Notes under the pieces: model-generated | What the model was told of the DNA's origin: nothing | What the model saw: only the letters and a program-made list of their open reading frames with translations | Databases searched by the model: none | NCBI GenBank assembly: GCA_964016885.1 | Contig: OZ024759.1 | Coordinates: forward strand, 6,696,001 to 6,760,000 | Direction: 5' to 3' | Length of the DNA: 64,000 bases | DNA from: Eledone cirrhosa | Lineage: Eukaryota | Translations under genes and position numbers: made by a program | Shown: one piece after another, positions 1-14,245 of the stretch | Layout of the letters: every line of letters begins with the position of its first letter | Position numbering within the stretch: position 1 is the stretch's first letter

Positions 1-1764
1 GCCAAGAACATGGATGGGATGAAGAAAAATTTTGACCTGGTTACAACGTTCTCAAAGGATATAGGAATGGAGTTTGGCCAAGATAAATGCTCATATATGA
101 CTGTAAAGCGGGGAAAAACAACAACCCAATCTAGCAACATTGTCATCAATGGCCTAACTGTTTCACCGATATCTGATGAGGACTGCTACAGATACCTGGG
201 GATAGATGAGAACATATCCTATAATAGTATCTGTAACAAAGAACGCGTAACCAGGGAATACTACACCCGATTAAGAAAGATCTGGTCATCGGAACTCTCT
301 GCGCAAAACAAAACAGTGGCTCACAATGTGTTTGCTGTGCCTGTCCTAACACCAACGTTTGGAATACTCAATTGGACGATAAACGAAATCCGAGCAGTTG
401 ATGTTGGACCTCGAAAAATACTGAACAACACCGGAAACTTCCACATCAACAGTGACATAGACCGCCTTTACTTGAAACGTAAGCAGGGAGGCAGAGGCCT
501 AACATCAGTCCAGACAACATTTGAATGTCGCATTATATCTCTCTGACAACATCTACGAACCTCGAAGCGTAGGAGCCCGTTTCTCGAGCAAGTCTATCTG
601 CATGAAACAGATAAGATCATGAGAGTTGGGAAGGAACACCTTGAGAGATATTCCCTGTATGATAATCGAAAACTCTCACCCAGAGATGTTGCTCAGCAGT
701 ATCGCAGTGAATCCATGGATGAAAAACTGCTGCCTATCAGCAAAAAATCATGCATGGATATGTTGCCAGGAAGCTCCAGAGTGAGAGTAATATAGATAAG
801 GAAGTAGTCTATCTTGGACCAACAACCGCTATATTGGCTCCCACTTTGAAGGATACTCTTTTGCAATCCAGGAACAGGAGATTAGCACGAAATACCTGAT
901 TCACAAAAGAGATAGGGATGCAGGCTTAGATGTGATAACAAGTGCAGACTCTGCAGAACTAACATCGAGGATATCACCCATGTCATCAGCAGCTGTCCAA
1001 AGCTGTCATCGTGGTACTATCCACCTATGAGGCATGATGTAGTGGCCAAAACACTGTACGATGTAGTTCGTAAAAAAGATAGCTCCGATAATAAACATTA
1101 TAAAAGCTACAGCAATGTGGAAGACATCCATGTACATAATATGAAAGAGTACTGGTGGAATGTTCCAGTAAAAACACCAATAAAATGCAGGCATAACAGA
1201 CCAGATATAATGATATGGTACAGGGAAAAGAAGGCATGCACAGTAGTGGAAGTTAGCTGCCCAGCAGATGCCAATATAATATCAAAGATTAGTGAAAAGG
1301 AGAACATTCATGCAGAACTGATGAGAAATCTGCAGATACTCCACCCTGATTACACCTTCAGATTTATACCTGTGATTAATGGGGCACTGGGATATGTTAG
1401 TAACTGCCTCAATACAAATATTGAGAAGCTAGGCTTCACAGGAACAGAAAGAACACAACTAGTTAGGAAATTACAAGTACAATCCATTAATGGAACAGTA
1501 AAAATATGTAAGACATTCCAAAAATTTTGCATCTAATAACTGCATATACACATATACAGATGCAAAGCATATACACATGCACACATACAACTCAAAACAT
1601 CCACATCCACACATACAATAACATCCATATCTACACATGCATGCATACATACATACCTACCTAGTTGATGTTGTGTAAATTCCAATGAGAGAGTCTTGTG
1701 TCTATGTTAGAAACCGACTCTCTCTCTATTGGCAAAAATTTGTGAAATTATAAAACTAGAAGAA
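1..1764 (+). mobile_element. Degenerate R4/Dong-type non-LTR retrotransposon, 3' portion (RT C-terminus, CCHC knuckle, restriction-like endonuclease, 3' UTR)
   Basis: 10-546 encodes IGMEFGQDKC, YRYLGI and RLYLKRKQGGRGL. CRLCRTNIEDITHVISSC lies at 943-996. 1027-1536 has RHD, RPDI and VEVSCP. Premature TGA at 544 plus frameshifts. The 3' UTR runs into (CATA)n. Confidence 0.85.
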
Positions 1765-1985
1765 CATACATACTATGTACACACATACACAGATACATAA
1801 ATTCATACATACATACATACATACTATGTACACACATACACACATACATACATACATACATACATACATACATACATACATACATACATACATACATACA
1901 TACATACTATGTACACACATACATACATACATTCGTACATACATAAATACTATGTACACACATACACACATACATACATACATAT

Positions 1986-2596
1986 ATGGTGGTTGCCAAC
2001 TCGTTTTCAAGTACGGCCACTACTTTATATCCATGTAGGAGAACCCCTACCGATGCGCTGAACAAGTGTGACTTTTTAGTCCAGCCAGCGACTTGGAAAC
2101 TCTGGTACAAACACTACACTTGTGACAATTATTGACACATAGTGCTTGGCCCATGATACCATGTGACGACAAGTGCAGAGAGATCTCCAGATATAAAGCA
2201 ATGCATGTGCCGTGAAGCTTTTATAGTGAGCAAAGGCACTGCACAAAGCCAGTCCCACTCTCTTAACCAAGATGATATTTACCAAAAAGAAGAACAAGTC
2301 AACATCATTGGATACCATCAGGGTTGCAGGTGTTATATCAGAGTTTTCCTTCTCCTAGAATTCTGCCTTGACAAAGGCTAAGGGGTCATCTCTCCCGGTG
2401 ATTTTGGATGGCCATTGACTCTTAAGAGCTCCTTTGCCCTTTGACAGGTTTTGTTTTTAGTCCTGCAGGATGTCCAAAGTCACCCTCCTCACCAAGAAAC
2501 CTTGGTGGGGTTGCCAGTTTAGTCGCCAACGACCCGACCATGAGACAGGTTGTAATGGGATACATGTTACCAGTAGCACCAACTGGTGACCTGACA
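1986..2596 (-). mobile_element. Non-autonomous RTE-derived element
   Basis: Reverse complement has the RTE-type 5' motif CTAGGAGAAGGAAAACTCTG, a C2H2 remnant (FKSLAG..H) and a GTGGCCGTACT..GAGTTGGCA tail. Closely matches 38615-39072 and is flanked by (CATA)n. Confidence 0.65.
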
Positions 2597-2683
2597 TAAT
2601 ACATACATACATACATACATACATACATACATACATACATACATACATACATACATACATACATACATACATACATACATACA

Positions 2684-3217
2684 TGATGGCTTCAAACTCT
2701 TCTAAGAAAGAGTATTGCAATTGCTTGTCAGATGACAGAAAATGGTGCACTTTTAGGCTACGGCCAGTCACACAAACATGTAACATATCCTGATCAAGCA
2801 ATGCCTGTGCTTTGAAGGTTTCTTATGTGGGGAAAGGCCTTGCACTCGACCAATCCCACTCTCTGAGCATCTAAAACACTACCCGAAAAGGAGAACAGGT
2901 CAACATCATCGGATGCTTCCGAAGCCGAGAGGTTTTTTTTCAGAGTTTCCCTCTCCTAGAAAGGTGTTGTGAAAACAACTGGGGGCCTTTCACTCCCAGG
3001 TAAATAAATAAAAACAAACTACAATTTGGATGGCCGTTGACTCTGTTGAGTTCCTCCGCCATTTGCCGGGTCTTGTATTTCATCCCGCAGGGTGTCCAAA
3101 TATCACCCTCCTCACCAAGCAAGCTTGGTGGGGTTACCAGTTTAGTCGCCGACGACCCGACCATGTGACAGGTTGTACTGGGTTACATGTTACCAGTAGC
3201 ACTCGAGTGTGCCCTGA
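2684..3217 (-). mobile_element. Second, diverged copy of the RTE-derived element
   Basis: Shares the CCAGTTTAGTCGCCGACGACCCGACCATG...GTTACCAGTAGCAC block with 2510-2580 and 6815-6885. Confidence 0.6.
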
Positions 3218-3458
3218 CATATACATACATGATGACTGCAACTCGATTTCGATAAATGTCATTGCTTGGTACATAAGCATGTGCATCACAGATGTGGCTT
3301 TTTAGTCCAGCTAGGGGCCTGCCTATGGCCAGCAATGGCATACATCGCAAAAGATGTCATATATCAAGGGATGCCTGTGCTTGAAGCTTTTTTAAATGTA
3401 CATATACATACAAATAACATACTACATAATTTCATCTATGTATATATATGTGTGTATG

Positions 3459-3496
<38 letters not shown>

Positions 3497-3634
3497 AGTG
3501 TGTCTATGTTTACGTTTGTGTCTGTTTTATCACATAAATTAAGGTCTAGACGTATATGATCGACAAATCCCTTCAAGCAGGTGCCCTAGCATGGCCACAG
3601 TCCAGTGGCTGAAGCCAGTTTACAAAGATAATAA

Positions 3635-3736
3635 TAATTGTTTCTATTTTAGGCACAAGGCCAGCAATTAACCAGTGTATTACTGGTACTTTATTTTATC
3701 GACCCCGTAAGGATGAAAGGCAAAGTTAACCTCGGA
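3635..3736 (-). mobile_element. SINE fragment with Nin-like central domain
   Basis: Reverse complement reads GCCTTTCATCCTTACGGGGTCGATAAAATAAAGTACCAG, the same as the copies at 36552, 37815 and 39590. Confidence 0.7.
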
Positions 3737-4104
3737 GAGACACGAAAATAATATTTTTGTCATATATTCTTTTCCCCTTTTTTAGAGGCTGCCTTTACTG
3801 GCGTCGTCATAGCTACATCACTGGGTTGTCAGAGTTAGGAGTTAACACTGTCAGCCATTGCCCCACCTCCCCTAGTAGTTTACCCCTACTGCTTATTTGT
3901 CCGCCAGCTTATATCGCCACAAACCGTCATATCTGGTGGTGGTATCACTATCCATCACATGCGACCCGAGCAGAACCTGGCCAGGTGTTGGCAGGTTTGA
4001 GAAAGGTACGAAAGGAATAGACTTTCTGATCTAGGCACAAAAAGGAAGGGAAAGTTGATTAAATCAACCCCAGTGCGTTACTGGTATTTTATTTTGTCGA
4101 CTCT

Positions 4105-5299
<1,195 letters not shown>

Positions 5300-5777
5300 A
5301 ATTATCCAAATGGTTAAATAAATTATATACAAATGGTTAAACAAATTATATACACATGTGAAATTATGTGTATATATACATATATATACATATATATACA
5401 TACATATACATACATATACATACATATATATATGTATATATATAATACATACAAATGTTTTTAATTAAACATACAGTATAGTGCCAAATATATTATACAT
5501 ACATTCATGTAGACATCACTATTTCAGAGCACCAATCCTAATACCTAATTTTTGCTGGAGTGGCATTTGCTCTGTTTAACCAGCTCTTAAATATTACTGG
5601 AATATTACTTGATAAACGCTAACAAGCGAGAAACAGACTGTCGATCACTCTCCCTTTATTTTTGCCGAAAATAAGTAAGTGACACAGTCACTACTATAAA
5701 ACTCATAGCGAATGGTCTTCAAAATGTTTTTAATTAAACATATTTTATAAACATAGTTTATTGCCAAATATACTATA

Positions 5778-6030
5778 CATCGCGTCTCCCTTGCCGTCCT
5801 CCGGGGAAACGCCTTCTCCATTCTGTCCGCAGGGTCTGTGGATGGGCCCCATCACGTACCATTGCATTAGTTAAATACCATTCTTTCATCTCATAAATAT
5901 AAAATATACTTAACATATATTAGAATTGTGTTTTCTTTAACGTGCTACTTACTGAAATTATTAGAAATTCAAAATGGATGAATTTCATAAATTTTGAATA
6001 GCTTTTATCGATATGACAAAACAAAAAAAA
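5778..6030 (+). mobile_element. Probable 3' tip of a CRE-clade non-LTR element
   Basis: GC-rich patch translating HRVSLAVLRGNAFSILSAG, like the QR(I/L)S.A.QRGNA C-terminal motif of CRE endonucleases. Followed by an AT-rich UTR and an A-rich tail. Confidence 0.45.
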
Positions 6031-6050
6031 ACTAATAATATTCATATATA

Positions 6051-6134
<84 letters not shown>

Positions 6135-6268
6135 GACTCTTGGGTTGAAAAGGAGGTCATATATGTGATCATTCATTAATAAATTGCTCCGAAGAATCCA
6201 AACCTCGGTTTGGAGGAAACAATCGTAAGCATATAAATGATTTGAACAGAACTTTGATTATTATAACT

Positions 6269-6294
<26 letters not shown>

Positions 6295-6301
<7 letters not shown>

Positions 6302-6899
6302 TGCCTCCTCATTACCGAGTATGGCCATTGCACGATATTACATTGTTAGTAATTATCAATTAATGCAATTGTGCAATGGCTGAGGGTGAAGATTTTTTTA
6401 AAGTGAGGAAAGACTGTGCACTGAGCCAATCCCACTCTCTGAGAGACAGTAGCTATAACCTGAAAAGAAGAAAAGATCAACATCATTGGTAACTACTGAG
6501 CCGCAGGTTTTATATCGGAGTTATCCCAGTTTCCTGAGTTGCCTTCTCCTAGAAGAATGCCCTGACAAAGGTTAGGGGTCCTTCACTCCCAGTGGTTTAA
6601 CCACGCGATCGGGTGTCCAGCTCCATCATTTCTATGTCCCCGCGCATATACATGTATATACACATATACATATACACATGTACATGTGTATATACATATT
6701 TATACACTTTTGGATGGCTGTTGAGTCATGAATTCTTCCGCCCTTCGTCAAGTTTTGTTTTTTGTCCTGAAGGGTGTCCAAAATCCCCCTCATCACCAAG
6801 TAAACTTGGTGGGGTTGCCGGTTTAGTCACCGAAGACCCGACTATGCGACATGTTGTACTGGGTTACATGTTACCAGTAGCACTCAAGAGTGAGCCGAC
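6295..6899 (-). mobile_element. RTE-derived non-autonomous element
   Basis: Reverse complement ends GGCCATACTCGGTAATGAGGAGGCAGCCATCAT(AT)n and has the same 5' block as 1986-2596 and 35128-35543. Confidence 0.65.
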
Positions 6900-6995
6900 A
6901 CATATATATACACATACATACATATATATATATATATACATACATACATATATATATACATTCATATATATATATATATATATATACATACATAC

Positions 6996-7076
<81 letters not shown>

Positions 7077-7116
7077 TATATATAATTATATATATATATA
7101 TATATAATTATATATA

Positions 7117-7158
<42 letters not shown>

Positions 7159-7204
7159 TATATGTAATTATATATATATATATATATATATATAATTATA
7201 TATG

Positions 7205-7242
<38 letters not shown>

Positions 7243-7290
7243 TATATATAATTATATATATATATATATAATTATATATATAATTATATA

Positions 7291-10200
7291 TGTGTGTTTA
7301 CATACAGAATAGCTGGACACTCACAGTAAAGTGTCCAGTGAAAAACTCGGTACATCTACATATGTACACGTGTGTGTATTCATATGCATACTAGTGTTTC
7401 AGTATACATATGTGGATGTACATTTCTAACTTAATTGTTTAGGCGTCAGTCATACAAAAGTGAGTTACAAACGAAACGAAATTTAATTTCGTTTCGTTAT
7501 TTGTTTTTATCGTCTCCGCTGGGCCGGTACGTACTCACGCTCTGTGCAAATTGGTCTGCCCACTACTAATTTTCATAGAAAAAGCATATAACGATATGTG
7601 CTTTTACGATTCTCTAGAGAGGCCGGAAGATGGGTAAATATTGCTGATGAGATGTAACAACATCGAAACTGGTCCAATATTCCTTGTCTGGCTTTCTGGA
7701 GAATAGAGGAAAGGTGTTTCCTCGAAAACCAGTATGACTCTAAAAACCGGTTTGTCTGTGTGTTTACATACAGAATAGCTGGACACTCACAGTAAAGTGT
7801 CCAGTGAAAAACTCGGTACATCTACATATGTACACGTGTGTGTATTCATATGCATACTAGTGTTTCAGTATACATATGTGGATGTACATTTCTAACTTAA
7901 TTGTTTAGGCGTCAGTCATACAAAAGTGAGTTACAAACGAAACGAAATTTAATTTCGTTTCGTTATTTGTTTTTATCGTCTCCGCTGGGCCGGTACGTAC
8001 TCACGCTCTGTGCAAATTGGTCTGCCCACTACTAATTTTCATAGAAAAAGCATATAACGATATGTGCTTTTACGATTCTCTAGAGAGGCCGGAAGATGGG
8101 TAAATATTGCTGATGAGATGTAACAACATCGAAACTGGTCCAATATTCCTTGTCTGGCTTTCTGGAGAATAGAGGAAAGGTGTTTCCTCGAAAACCAGTA
8201 TGACTCTAAAAACCGGTTTGTCTGTGTGTTTACATACAGAATAGCTGGACACTCACAGTAAAGTGTCCAGTGAAAAACTCGGTACATCTACATATGTACA
8301 CGTGTGTGTATTCATATGCATACTAGTGTTTCAGTATACATATGTGGATGTACATTTCTAACTTAATTGTTTAGGCGTCAGTCATACAAAAGTGAGTTAC
8401 AAACGAAACGAAATTTAATTTCGTTTCGTTATTTGTTTTTATCGTCTCCGCTGGGCCGGTACGTACTCACGCTCTGTGCAAATTGGTCTGCCCACTACTA
8501 ATTTTCATAGAAAAAGCATATAACGATATGTGCTTTTACGATTCTCTAGAGAGGCCGGAAGATGGGTAAATATTGCTGATGAGATGTAACAACATCGAAA
8601 CTGGTCCAATATTCCTTGTCTGGCTTTCTGGAGAATAGAGGAAAGGTGTTTCCTCGAAAACCAGTATGACTCTAAAAACCGGTTTGTCTGTGTGTTTACA
8701 TACAGAATAACTGGACACTCACAGTAAAGTGTCCAGTGAAAAACTCGGTACATCTACATATGTACACGTGTGTGTATTCATATGCATACTAGTGTTTCAG
8801 TATACATATGTGGATGTACATTTCTAACTTAATTGTTTAGGCGTCAGTCATACAAAAGTGAGTTACAAACGAAACGAAATTTAATTTCGTTTCGTTATTT
8901 GTTTTTATCGTCTCCGCTGGGCCGGTACGTACTCACGCTCTGTGCAAATTGGTCTGCCCACTACTAATTTTCATAGAAAAAGCATATAACGATATGTGCT
9001 TTTACGATTCTCTAGAGAGGCCGGAAGATGGGTAAATATTGCTGATGAGATGTAACAACATCGAAACTGGTCCAATATTCCTTGTCTGGCTTTCTGGAGA
9101 ATAGAGGAAAGGTGTTTCCTCGAAAACCAGTATGACTCTAAAAACCGGTTTGTCTGTGTGTTTACATACAGAATAGCTGGACACTCACAGTAAAGTGTCC
9201 AGTGAAAAACTCGGTACATCTACATATGTACACGTGTGTGTATTCATATGCATACTAGTGTTTCAGTATACATATGTGGATGTACATTTCTAACTTAATT
9301 GTTTAGGCGTCAGTCATACAAAAGTGAGTTACAAACGAAACGAAATTTAATTTCGTTTCGTTATTTGTTTTTATCGTCTCCGCTGGGCCGGTACGTACTC
9401 ACGCTCTGTGCAAATTGGTCTGCCCACTACTAATTTTCATAGAAAAAGCATATAACGATATGTGCTTTTACGATTCTCTAGAGAGGCCGGAAGATGGGTA
9501 AATATTGCTGATGAGATGTAACAACATCGAAACTGGTCCAATATTCCTTGTCTGGCTTTCTGGAGAATAGAGGAAAGGTGTTTCCTCGAAAACCAGTATG
9601 ACTCTAAAAACCGGTTTGTCTGTGTGTTTACATACAGAATAGCTGGACACTCACAGTAAAGTGTCCAGTGAAAAACTCGGTACATCTACATATGTACACG
9701 TGTGTGTATTCATATGCATACTAGTGTTTCAGTATACATATGTGGATGTACATTTCTAACTTAATTGTTTAGGCGTCAGTCATACAAAAGTGAGTTACAA
9801 ACGAAACGAAATTTAATTTCGTTTCGTTATTTGTTTTTATCGTCTCCGCTGGGCCGGTACGTACTCACGCTCTGTGCAAATTGGTCTGCCCACTACTAAT
9901 TTTCATAGAAAAAGCATATAACGATATGTGCTTTTACGATTCTCTAGAGAGGCCGGAAGATGGGTAAATATTACTGATGAGATGTAACAACATCGAAACT
10001 GGTCCAATATTCCTTGTCTGGCTTTCTGGAGAATAGAGGAAAGGTGTTTCCTCGAAAACCAGTATGACTCTAAAAACCGGTTTGTCTGTGTGTTTACATA
10101 CAGAATAGCTGGACACTCACAGTAAAGTGTCCAGTGAAAAACTCGGTACATCTACATATGTACACGTGTGTGTATTCATATGCATACTAGTGTTTCAGTA

Positions 10201-13200
10201 TACATATGTGGATGTACATTTCTAACTTAATTGTTTAGGCGTCAGTCATACAAAAGTGAGTTACAAACGAAACGAAATTTAATTTCGTTTCGTTATTTGT
10301 TTTTATCGTCTCCGCTGGGCCGGTACGTACTCACGCTCTGTGCAAATTGGTCTGCCCACTACTAATTTTCATAGAAAAAGCATATAACGATATGTGCTTT
10401 TACGATTCTCTAGAGAGGCCGGAAGATGGGTAAATATTGCTGATGAGATGTAACAACATCGAAACTGGTCCAATATTCCTTGTCTGGCTTTCTGGAGAAT
10501 AGAGGAAAGGTGTTTCCTCGAAAACCAGTATGACTCTAAAAACCGGTTTGTCTGTGTGTTTACATACAGAATAACTGGACACTCACAGTAAAGTGTCCAG
10601 TGAAAAACTCGGTACATCTACATATGTACACGTGTGTGTATTCATATGCATACTAGTGTTTCAGTATACATATGTGGATGTACATTTCTAACTTAATTGT
10701 TTAGGCGTCAGTCATACAAAAGTGAGTTACAAACGAAACGAAATTTAATTTCGTTTCGTTATTTGTTTTTATCGTCTCCGCTGGGCCGGTACGTACTCAC
10801 GCTCTGTGCAAATTGGTCTGCCCACTACTAATTTTCATAGAAAAAGCATATAACGATATGTGCTTTTACGATTCTCTAGAGAGGCCGGAAGATGGGTAAA
10901 TATTGCTGATGAGATGTAACAACATCGAAACTGGTCCAATATTCCTTGTCTGGCTTTCTGGAGAATAGAGGAAAGGTGTTTCCTCGAAAACCAGTATGAC
11001 TCTAAAAACCGGTTTGTCTGTGTGTTTACATACAGAATAGCTGGACACTCACAGTAAAGTGTCCAGTGAAAAACTCGGTACATCTACATATGTACACGTG
11101 TGTGTATTCATATGCATACTAGTGTTTCAGTATACATATGTGGATGTACATTTCTAACTTAATTGTTTAGGCGTCAGTCATACAAAAGTGAGTTACAAAC
11201 GAAACGAAATTTAATTTCGTTTCGTTATTTGTTTTTATCGTCTCCGCTGGGCCGGTACGTACTCACGCTCTGTGCAAATTGGTCTGCCCACTACTAATTT
11301 TCATAGAAAAAGCATATAACGATATGTGCTTTTACGATTCTCTAGAGAGGCCGGAAGATGGGTAAATATTACTGATGAGATGTAACAACATCGAAACTGG
11401 TCCAATATTCCTTGTCTGGCTTTCTGGAGAATAGAGGAAAGGTGTTTCCTCGAAAACCAGTATGACTCTAAAAACCGGTTTGTCTGTGTGTTTACATACA
11501 GAATAGCTGGACACTCACAGTAAAGTGTCCAGTGAAAAACTCGGTACATCTACATATGTACACGTGTGTGTATTCATATGCATACTAGTGTTTCAGTATA
11601 CATATGTGGATGTACATTTCTAACTTAATTGTTTAGGCGTCAGTCATACAAAAGTGAGTTACAAACGAAACGAAATTTAATTTCGTTTCGTTATTTGTTT
11701 TTATCGTCTCCGCTGGGCCGGTACGTACTCACGCTCTGTGCAAATTGGTCTGCCCACTACTAATTTTCATAGAAAAAGCATATAACGATATGTGCTTTTA
11801 CGATTCTCTAGAGAGGCCGGGAGTTGGGTAAATATTGCTGATGAGATGTAACAACATCGAAACTGGTCCAATATTCCTTGTCTGGCTTTCTGGAGAATAG
11901 AGGAAAGGTGTTTCCTCGAAAACCAGTATGACTCTAAAAACCGGTTTGTCTGTGTGTTTACATACAGAATAGCTGGACACTCACAGTAAAGTGTCCAGTG
12001 AAAAACTCGGTACATCTACATATGTACACGTGTGTGTATTCATATGCATACTAGTGTTTCAGTATACATATGTGGATGTACATTTCTAACTTAATTGTTT
12101 AGGCGTCAGTCATACAAAAGTGAGTTACAAACGAAACGAAATTTAATTTCGTTTCGTTATTTGTTTTTATCGTCTCCGCTGGGCCGGTACGTACTCACGC
12201 TCTGTGCAAATTGGTCTGCCCACTACTAATTTTCATAGAAAAAGCATATAACGATATGTGCTTTTACGATTCTCTAGAGAGGCCGGAAGATGGGTAAATA
12301 TTGCTGATGAGATGTAACAACATCGAAACTGGTCCAATATTCCTTGTCTGGCTTTCTGGAGAATAGAGGAAAGGTGTTTCCTCGAAAACCAGTATGACTC
12401 TAAAAACCGGTTTGTCTGTGTGTTTACATACAGAATAGCTGGACACTCACAGTAAAGTGTCCAGTGAAAATCTCGGTACATCTACATATGTACACGTGTG
12501 TGTATTCATATGCATACTAGTGTTTCAGTATACATATGTGGATGTACATTTCTAACTTAATTGTTTAGGCGTCAGTCATACAAAAGTGAGTTACAAACGA
12601 AACGAAATTTAATTTCGTTTCGTTATTTGTTTTTATCGTCTCCGCTGGGCCGGTACGTACTCACGCTCTGTGCAAATTGGTCTGCCCACTACTAATTTTC
12701 ATAGAAAAAGCATATAACGATATGTGCTTTTACGATTCTCTAGAGAGGCCGGAAGATGGGTAAATATTGCTGATGAGATGTAACAACATCGAAACTGGTC
12801 CAATATTCCTTGTCTGGCTTTCTGGAGAATAGAGGAAAGGTGTTTCCTCGAAAACCAGTATGACTCTAAAAACCGGTTTGTCTGTGTGTTTACATACAGA
12901 ATAGCTGGACACTCACAGTAAAGTGTCCAGTGAAAAACTCGGTACATCTACATATGTACACGTGTGTGTATTCATATGCATACTAGTGTTTCAGTATACA
13001 TATGTGGATGTACATTTCTAACTTAATTGTTTAGGCGTCAGTCATACAAAAGTGAGTTACAAACGAAACGAAATTTAATTTCGTTTCGTTATTTGTTTTT
13101 ATCGTCTCCGCTGGGCCGGTACGTACTCACGCTCTGTGCAAATTGGTCTGCCCACTACTAATTTTCATAGAAAAAGCATATAACGATATGTGCTTTTACG

Positions 13201-14034
13201 ATTCTCTAGAGAGGCCGGAAGATGGGTAAATATTGCTGATGAGATGTAACAACATCGAAACTGGTCCAATATTCCTTGTCTGGCTTTCTGGAGAATAGAG
13301 GAAAGGTGTTTCCTCGAAAACCAGTATGACTCTAAAAACCGGTTTGTCTGTGTGTTTACATACAGAATAGCTGGACACTCACAGTAAAGTGTCCAGTGAA
13401 AAACTCGGTACATCTACATATGTACACGTGTGTGTATTCATATGCATACTAGTGTTTCAGTATACATATGTGAATGTACATTTCTAACTTAATTGTTTAG
13501 GCGTCAGTCATACAAAAGTGAGTTACAAACGAAACGAAATTTAATTTCGTTTCGTTATTTGTTTTTATCGTCTCCGCTGGGCCGGTACGTACTCACGCTC
13601 TGTGCAAATTGGTCTGCCCACTACTAATTTTCATAGAAAAAGCATATAACGATATGTGCTTTTACGATTCTCTAGAGAGGCCGGAAGATGGGTAAATATT
13701 GCTGATGAGATGTAACAACATCGAAACTGGTCCAATATTCCTTGTCTGGCTTTCTGGAGAATAGAGGAAAGGTGTTTCCTCGAAAACCAGTATGACTCTA
13801 AAAACCGGTTTGTCTGTGTGTTTACATACAGAATAGCTGGACACTCACAGTAAAGTGTCCAGTGAAAAACTCGGTACATCTACATATGTACACGTGTGTG
13901 TATTCATATGCATACTAGTGTTTCAGTATACATATGTGGATGTACATTTCTAACTTAATTGTTTAGGCGTCAGTCATACAAAAGTGAGTTACAAACGAAA
14001 CGAAATTTAATTTCGTTTCGTTATTTGTTTTTAT
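7291..14034 (+). mobile_element. Tandem array of a 466-bp hammerhead-containing unit (about 14.5 copies); candidate non-LTR retrozyme
   Basis: Exact 466-bp period (7291/7757/...; 7510+14x466=14034). Only about 8 substituted positions seen. One HHR per unit. (TA)n on both flanks. Confidence 0.9.
7637..7681 (+). ncRNA. Minimal type I hammerhead ribozyme (first of 14 copies; last core at 13702)
   Basis: AATATTG-CTGATGA-GATGT aaca ACATC-GAAA-C tg G-TC-CAATATT: 7-bp stem I, 5-bp stem II, vestigial stem III, GUC cleavage triplet at 7672-7674. Confidence 0.88.
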
Positions 14035-14053
14035 ATATATATAATTATATATA

Positions 14054-14113
<60 letters not shown>

Positions 14114-14119
14114 TATATA

Positions 14120-14163
<44 letters not shown>

Positions 14164-14169
14164 TATATA

Positions 14170-14245
<76 letters not shown>

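Noticed and set aside
7573-13879. Repeated 82-aa and 60-aa minus-strand ORFs in the 466-bp unit
   Set aside because: No recognisable motif. They are antisense to the ribozyme and recur only because the unit is repeated.
7291-14034. CRISPR array or snRNA/5S/tRNA gene cluster
   Set aside because: No variable spacers, eukaryotic context, and no recognisable snRNA, 5S or tRNA sequence.
7259-14065. Target-site duplication of about 30 nt (TA..ATTA pattern) on both sides of the array
   Set aside because: The pattern recurs throughout the TA tracts, so it cannot be distinguished from chance.
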